From the human T2T-CHM13v2.0 reference genome, Homo sapiens, in assembly GCF_009914755.1 (NCBI RefSeq), contig NC_060939.1: a stretch of DNA of 64,000 nucleotides, one strand, 5' to 3'. Of this stretch, positions 56,501 to 64,000 are shown piece by piece. Each line of letters begins with the position of its first letter. Within the stretch, counting starts at the first letter, position 1. The notes beneath the pieces are model-generated. The model was not told the origin of the DNA. It did no database searches and saw only the letters and a program-made list of their open reading frames with translations. A program made the translations under genes and the position numbers.

Positions 56501-59500
56501 TTCCATCCGATTCCATTACATTCTTTTCATTTCTTATCCATTTCAAGCCATTCCACTCCATTCCATTCCACTCGTTTCCTTTCCATTCGAGTCAATTCCT
56601 CTCCAGTCCATTCCGTTCAATCCATTCCATTCCAGTCCATTCCATTCGAGTCCGTTCCATTCCAGTCCACTCCATTCGAGTCAATTCCATTCCATTCGAT
56701 GTCTTTCCATAACGATCCATTCCATTCTATTCCTTTCGATTCCATTCCATTCTATTTCATTCCATTCGATTCCCTTCCATTGGACTCCTTTCCATTCGAG
56801 TGCATTCCATTCCGTTCCATTTCTTTCCGTTCTGTACGATTCCTACCGTTCGATTTCATTTTGTTCCAGTCCATTCCTTTCGCGTCCATTCCATTCCATT
56901 TCACTCCATTCGATTCCATTCCACTCGATTCCACTTCGTTCCATTTCATTGCATTCCATTCTATTCAACTCTATTGCCTTCCATTCCATTCCATTCGATT
57001 ACATTCCATGCGATTCCATTCGAAATCGAATCAATTACATTGCAATCTATTACTATTGAGTCCGTTTTATTCCAGTCCACTGCATTCTGGTCCATTCCAT
57101 TTGATTCCATTCCATTCTATTCCATTCCATACAGTTGCATTCCATTGGATTCCATTGTATATCTATAAATTCAATTCGAGACCATTGCTTTTGAGTCCAT
57201 TCTATATGATTCCATTCCATTCAAGTCCATTACATTTGGTTCAATTCCATTCCATTCCATTCCCTTCCATTCCATTCCAGTTGATATCAATCCATTCGAT
57301 TCCATTCCATTCGAGCACATTCCATTCGAGTCCATTCCATTCGATGCCATTCCATTTGATTCTATTCCATTAGTCTCCATTCAATTCCATTAATCTCCAT
57401 TCCATTCCATTCTACTCCAACTGATTCCATTCCATTCTATTCCTTTCCATTCCATTTCATTCCATTCCATTCCATTTCATTCCATTCCATTCCATTCGCT
57501 TCCATTCCATTCGTGTCCATTCCACTCCAGTCCATTCCATTCGTGTCCATTCCATTCCAGTCCATTCCATTTGTGTCCACTGCATTCCATTCCACTCCAT
57601 TCCATATTATTCCATTACACTCCATTCCATTCTATTACTTTCATTTCCATTCAATTCCATTCCATTTGATTCCATTCCACTCGGTTTCATTCCATTTGAG
57701 TCCACTCCATTCCATTCCATTCCATTCCATTCAGTTCCATTCCATTCTGTTCCATTCCATTCCGTTCCATTGCATTCCATTCCATTCGGTACCATTCCAT
57801 ATTGTTCCATTCGATTCCATTCGAATCCATTCCATTCCAGTCCATTCCATTCGATTCCATTCCATTCCTTTCAATTCCATTCCATTCCATTCCATTCCAC
57901 TTGATTCCACTCCATTCCCTTCCACTGCATTCCATTCGATTCCATTCCATTGCATTGCATTCCATTCCATTGGACTGCATTCCATTCGATTCCATTCCAT
58001 TCGAATCAATTACATAGCAATCCATTACATTCGAGTCTATTCTATTCCGTTCCATTCGATTTCGTTCCAATCCATTCGATTCCATTCCATTCGATTCCAT
58101 TCCATACTATTGCATTCCATTCGATTACATTATATTCGAATAAGTTCCATTCAAGACCATTTCTTTTGAGTCCATTCTATTTGAGTCCATTCCCTTTGAT
58201 TCCATAACATTTGAGTCCATTCAATTCCATTCCTTTCGTTTCCATTCCATTTGATGCCATTCCATTCAATTCTGTTCTACTCGACTCCAATACATTCAAT
58301 TCCATTCCATCCGATTCCATTACATTCTTTTCATTTCTTATCCATTTCAAGCCATTCCACTCCATTCCATTCCACTCGTTTCCTTTCCATTCGAGTCCAT
58401 TCCTCTCCAGTCCATTCCGTTCAATCCATTCCATTCCAGTCCATTCCATTCGAGTCCGTTCCATTCCAGTCCAATCCATTCGAGTCAATTCCATCCCATT
58501 CGATGTCTTTCCATAACGATCCATTCCATTCTATTCCTTTCGATTCCATTCCATTCTATTTCATTCCATTCGATTCCCTTCCATTGGACTCCTTTCCATT
58601 CGAGTGCATTCCATTCCGTTCCATTTCTTTCCGTTCTGTACGATTCCTACCGTTCGATTTCATTTTGTTCCAGTCCATTCCTTTCGCGTCCATTCCATTC
58701 CATTTCACTCCATTCGATTCCATTCCACTCGATTCCACTTCGTTCCATTTCATTGCATTCCATTCTATTCAACTCTATTGCCTTCCATTCCATTCCATTC
58801 GATTACATTCCATGCGATTCCATTCGAAATCGAATCAATTACATTGCAATCCATTACTATTGAGTCCATTTTATTCCAGTCCACTGCATTCTGGTCCATT
58901 CCATTTGATTCCATTCCATTCTATTCCATTCCATACAGTTGCATTCCATTGGATTCCATTCTATATCTATAAATTCAATTCGAGACCATTGCTTTTGAAT
59001 CCATTCTATATGATTCCATTCCATTCAAGTCCATTACATTTGGTTCAATTCCATTCCATTCCATTCCCTTCCATTCCATTCCAGTTGATATCAATCCATT
59101 CGATTCCATTCCATTCGAGCACATTCCATTCGAGTCCATTCCATTCGATGCCATTCCATTTGATTCTATTCCATTAGTCTCCATTCAATTCCATTAATCT
59201 CCATTCCATTCCACTCTACTCCAACTGATTCCATTCCATTCTATTCCTTTCCATTCCATTTCATTCCATTCCATTCCATTCCATTCCATTCCATTCGCTT
59301 CCATTCCATTCGTGTCCATTCCACTCCAGTCCATTCCATTCGTGTCCATTCCATTCCAGTCCATTCCATTTGTGTCCACTGCATTCCGTTCCACTCCATT
59401 CCATATTATTCCATTACACTCCATTCCATTCTATTACTTTCATTTCCATTCAATTCCGTTCCATTTGATTCCATTCCACTCGGTTTCGTTCCATTTGAGT

Positions 59501-62500
59501 CCACTCCATTCCATTCCATTCCATTCCATTCAGTTCCATTCCATTCTGTTCCATTCCATTCCGTTCCATTGCATTCCATTCCATTCGGTACCATTCCATA
59601 TTGTTCCATTCGATTCCATTCGAATCCATTCCATTCCAGTCCATTCCATTCGATTCCATTCCATTCCTTTCAATTCCATTCCATTCCATTCCATTCCACT
59701 TGATTCCACTCCATTCCCTTCCACTGCATTCCATTCGATTCCATTCCATTGCATTGCATTCCATTCCATTGGACTGCATTCCATTCGATTCCATTCCATT
59801 CGAATCAATTACATAGCAATCCATTACATTCGGGTCTATTCTATTCCGTTCCATTTGATTTCATTCCAATCCATTCGATTCCATTCCATACTATTGCATT
59901 CCATTCTACTACATTATATTCCAATAAGTTCCATTCAAGACCATTTCTTTTGAGTCCATTCTATTTGAGTCCATTCTATTTGAATCCATTCCCTTTGATT
60001 CCATAACATTTGAGTCCATTCAATTCCATTCCTTTCGTTTCCATTCCATTTGATGCCATTCCATTCAATTCTGTTCTACTCGACTCCAATACATTCAATT
60101 CCATTCCATCCGATTCCATTACATTCTTTTCATTTCTTATCCATTTCAAGCCATTCCACTCCATTCCATTCCACTCGTTTCCTTTCCATTCGAGTCCATT
60201 CCTCTCCAGTCCATTCCGTTCAATCCATTCCATTCCAGTCCATTCCATTCGAGTCCGTTCCATTCCAGTCCATTCCATTCGAGTCAATTCCATTCCATTC
60301 GATGTCTTTCCATAACGATCCATTCCATTCTATTCCTTTCGATTCCATTCCATTCTATTTCATTCCATTCGATTCCCTTCCATTGGACTCCTTTCCATTC
60401 GAGTGCATTCCATTCCGTTCCATTTCTTTCCGTTCTGTACGATTCCTACCGTTCGATTTCATTTTGTTCCAGTCCATTCCTTTCGCGTCCATTCCATTCC
60501 ATTTCACTCCATTCGATTCCATTCCACTCGATTCCACTTCGTTCCATTTCATTGCATTCCATTCTATTCAACTCTATTGCCTTCCATTCCATTCCATTCG
60601 ATTACATTCCATGCGATTCCATTCGAAATCGAATCAATTACATTGCAATCCATTACTATTGAGTCCGTTTTATTCCAGTCCACTGCATTCTGGTCCATTC
60701 CATTTGATTCCATTCCATTCTATTCCATTCCATACAGTTGCATTCCATTGGATTCCATGCTATATCTATAAATTCAATTCGAGACCATTGCTTTTGAATC
60801 CATTCCATATGATTCCATTCCATTCAAGTCCATTACATTTGGTTCAATTCCATTCCATTCCATTCCCTTCCATTCCATTCCAGTTGATATCAATCCATTC
60901 GATTCCATTCCATTCGAGCACATTCCATTCGAGTCCATTCCATTCGATGCCATTCCATTTGATTCTATTCCATTAGTCTCCATTCAATTCCATTAATCTC
61001 CATTCCATTCCATTCTACTCCAACTGATTCCATTCCATTCTATTCCTTTCCATTCCATTTCATTCCATTCCATTCCATTTCATTCCATTCCATTCCATTC
61101 GTGTCCATTCCACTCCAGTGCATTCCATTCGTGTCCATTCCATTCCAGTCCATTCCATTTGTGTCCACTGCATTCCATTCCACTCCATTCCATATTATTC
61201 CATTACACTCCATTCCATTCTATTACTTTCATTTCCATTCAATTCCAGTCCATTTGATTCCATTCCACTCGGTTTCATTCCATTTGAGTCCACTCCATTC
61301 CATTCCATTCCATTCAGTTCCATTCCATTCTGTTCCATTCCATTCCGTTCCATTACATTCCATTCCATTCGGTACCATTCCATATTGTTCCATTCGATTC
61401 CATTCGAATCCATTCCATTCCAGTCCATTCCATTCGATACCATTCCATTCATTTCAATTCCATTCCATTCCATTCCATTCCATTCCACTTGATTCCTCTC
61501 CATTCCCTTCCACTGCATTCCGTTCGATTCCATTCCATTGCATTGCATTCCATTCCATTGGATTGCATTCCATTCGATTCCATTCCATTCGAATCAATTA
61601 CATAGCAATCCATTACATTCGAGTCTATTCTATTCCGTTCCATTCGATTTCGTTCCAATCCATTCGATTCCATTCCATTCGATTCCATTCCATACTATTG
61701 CATTCCATTCGATTACATTATATTCGAATAAGTTCCATTCAAGACCATTTCTTTTGAGTCCATTCTATTTGAGTCCATTCCCTTTGATTCCATAACATTT
61801 GAGTCCATTCAATTCCATTCCTTTCGTTTCCATTCCATTTGATGCCATTCCATTCAATTCTGTTCTACTCGACTCCAATACATTCAATTCCATTCCATCC
61901 GATTCCATTACATTCTTTTCATTTCTTATCCATTTCAAGCCATTCCACTCCATTCCATTCCACTCGTTTCCTTTCCATTCGAGTCCATTCCTCTCCAGTC
62001 CATTCCGTTCAATCCATTCCATTCCAGTCCATTCCATTCGAGTCCGTTCCATTCCAGTCCATTCCATTCGAGTCAATTCCATTCCAATCGATGTCTTTCC
62101 ATAACGATCCATTCCATTCTATTCCTTTCGATTCCATTCCATTCTATTTCATTCCATTCGATTCCCTTCCATTGGACTCCTTTCCATTCGAGTGCATTCC
62201 ATTCCGTTCCATTTCTTTCCGTTCTGTACGATTCCTACCGTTCGATTTCATTTTGTTCCAGTTCATTCCTTTCGCGTCCATTCCATTCCATTTCACTCCA
62301 TTCGATTCCATTCCCCTCGATTCCACTTCGTTCCATTTCATTGCATTCCATTCTATTCAACTCTATTGCCTTCCATTCCATTCCATTCGATTACATTCCA
62401 TGCGATTCCATTCGAAATCGAATCAATTACATTGCAATCCATTACTATTGAGTCCATTTTATTCCAGTCCACTGCATTCTGGTCCATTCCATTTGATTCC

Positions 62501-64000
62501 ATTCCATTCTATTCCATTCCATACAGTTGCATTCCATTGGATTCCATTCTATATCTTTAAATTCAATTCGAGACCATTGCTTTTGAGTCCATTCTATATG
62601 ATTCCATTCCATTCAAGTCCATTACATTTGGTTCAATTCCATTCCATTCCATTCCCTTCCATTCCATTCCAGTTGATATCAATCCATTCGATTCCATTCC
62701 ATTCGAGCACATTCCATTCGAGTCCATTCCATTCGATGCCATTCCATTTGATTCTATTCCATTAGTCTCCATTCAATTCCATTAATCTCCATTCCATTCC
62801 ATTCTACTCCAACTGATTCCATTCCATTCTATTCCTTTCCATTCCATTTCATTCCATTCCATTCCATTTCATTCCATTCCATTCCATTCCATTCCATTCG
62901 CTTCCATTCCATTCGTGTCCATTCCATTCCAGTCCATTCCATTTGTGTCCACTGCATTCCATTCCACTCCATTCCATATTATTCCATTACACTCCATTCC
63001 ATTCTATTACTTTCATTTCCATTCAATTCCATTCCATTTGATTCCATTCCACTCGGTTTCATTCCATTTGAGTCCACTCCATTCCATTCCATTCCATTCC
63101 ATTCAGTTCCATTCCATTCTGTTCCATTCCATTCCGTTCCATTACATTCCATTCCATTCGGTACCATTCCATATTGTTCCATTCGATTCCATTCGAATCC
63201 ATTCCATTCCAGTCCATTCCATTCGATTCCATTCCATTCATTTCAATTCCATTCCATTCCATTCCATTACATTCCACTTGATTCCTCTCCATTCCCTTCC
63301 ACTGCATTCCGTTCGATTCCATTCCATTGCATTGCATTCCCTTCCATTGGATTGCATTCCATTCGATTCCATTCCATTCGAATCAATTACATAGCAATCC
63401 ATTACATTCGAGTCTATTCTATTCCGTTCCATTCGATTTCGTTCCAATCCATTCGATTCCATTCCATTCGATTCCATTCCATACTATTGCATTCCATTCG
63501 ATTACATTATATTCGAATAAGTTCCATTCAAGACCATTTCTTTTGAGTCCATTCTATTTGAGTCCATTCCCTTTGATTCCATAACATTTGAGTCCATTCA
63601 ATTCCATTCCTTTCGTTTCCATTCCATTTGATGCCATTCCATTCAATTCTGTTCTACTCGACTCCAATACATTCAATTCCATTCCATCCGATTCCATTAC
63701 ATTCTTTTCATTTCTTATCCATTTCAAGCCATTCCACTCCATTCCATTCCACTCGTTTCCTTTCCATTCGAGTCCATTCCTCTCCAGTCCATTCCGTTCA
63801 ATCCATTCCATTCCAGTCCATTCCATTCGAGTCCGTTCCATTCCAGTCCATTCCATTCGAGTCAATTCCATTCCATTCGATGTCTTTCCATAACGATCCA
63901 TTCCATTCTATTCCTTTCGATTCCATTCCATTCTATTTCATTCCATTCGATTCCCTTCCATTGGACTCCTTTCCATTCGAGTGCATTCCATTCCGTTCCA

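Larger units (their letters stand above)
878..63893 (+). repeat. ~1.79-kb tandem monomer (36 anchored copies); 1.8-kb KpnI satellite, probably D15Z1-type (chr15p HSat3)
   Basis: The landmark ATAACATTTGAGTCC (start of the 101-aa ORF) recurs at 878, 2682, 4461, 6265, 8044, 9848, 11622 ... 60010, 61799, 63588, with spacings of 1769-1814 bp (mean about 1792). There is one GGTACC per monomer (450, 2259, 4033 ...). D15Z1 is known as a 1.8-kb KpnI satellite III repeat. The monomer is certain; the confidence given reflects the locus assignment, which is inference. Confidence 0.8.
1..64000 (+). repeat. Satellite III (HSat3) array of diverged (CATTC)n pentamers, C-rich strand on +, running off both window ends
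   Basis: Every line consists of ATTCC/CATTC pentamers and single-base variants (ATTCG, AGTCC, ACTCC, ATTGC, ATTCT, ATTTG). The + strand is G-poor throughout. The dense CATTCGATGATGAT-type pattern typical of HSat2 is not seen. Confidence 0.97.

Noticed and set aside
170-63901. Hundreds of ORFs on both strands (HSIPF-rich on +, MEWNG-rich on -) as protein-coding genes
   Set aside because: They are the direct translation of (CATTC)n and (GAATG)n, which lack stops in every frame. They overlap in multiple frames, show no recognisable domain and recur with the satellite period.
1-64000. CRISPR-like or other repeat-spacer array
   Set aside because: There are no unique spacers; sequence between landmarks is itself near-identical from monomer to monomer, and no associated genes are present.
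1-64000. Assignment to DYZ1, HSat2 or alpha satellite
   Set aside because: The basic period is ~1.79 kb with KpnI and I see no periodic HaeIII/EcoRI sites. HSat2-type GATGATGAT motifs, 171-bp monomers and CENP-B boxes are absent.
1-64000. Embedded transposon, inversion or unique-sequence island
   Set aside because: Every anchor spacing falls within 1769-1814 bp and the C-rich strand never switches, leaving no room for an insertion.

Overview
The whole window is one uninterrupted, single-orientation array of diverged (CATTC)n/(GGAAT)n pentamers, i.e. classical human/hominid Satellite III (HSat3). It contains about 35.7 tandem monomers of 1769-1814 bp, each with one KpnI site. This best fits the 1.8-kb KpnI D15Z1-type array of chromosome 15p, but the locus cannot be proven from sequence alone. 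I see no genes, RNA genes, transposons, CRISPR arrays or inversions. All listed ORFs are translations of the pentamer. I found no evidence for a new gene-encoded system. The interesting content is architectural. Periods are nested: 5 bp, a fossil 829-bp internal duplication, a ~1.79-kb monomer, a 3583-bp dimer and a 7161-bp dimer-of-dimers. After ~30.6 kb the array becomes a mosaic of 1-, 3-, 4- and 5-monomer duplications with mappable chimeric junctions. Every monomer spacing is 5n-1 bp, because three fixed register breaks lie in an indel-free core. All variant comparisons were made by eye and from ORF-track coordinates, not from computed alignments.
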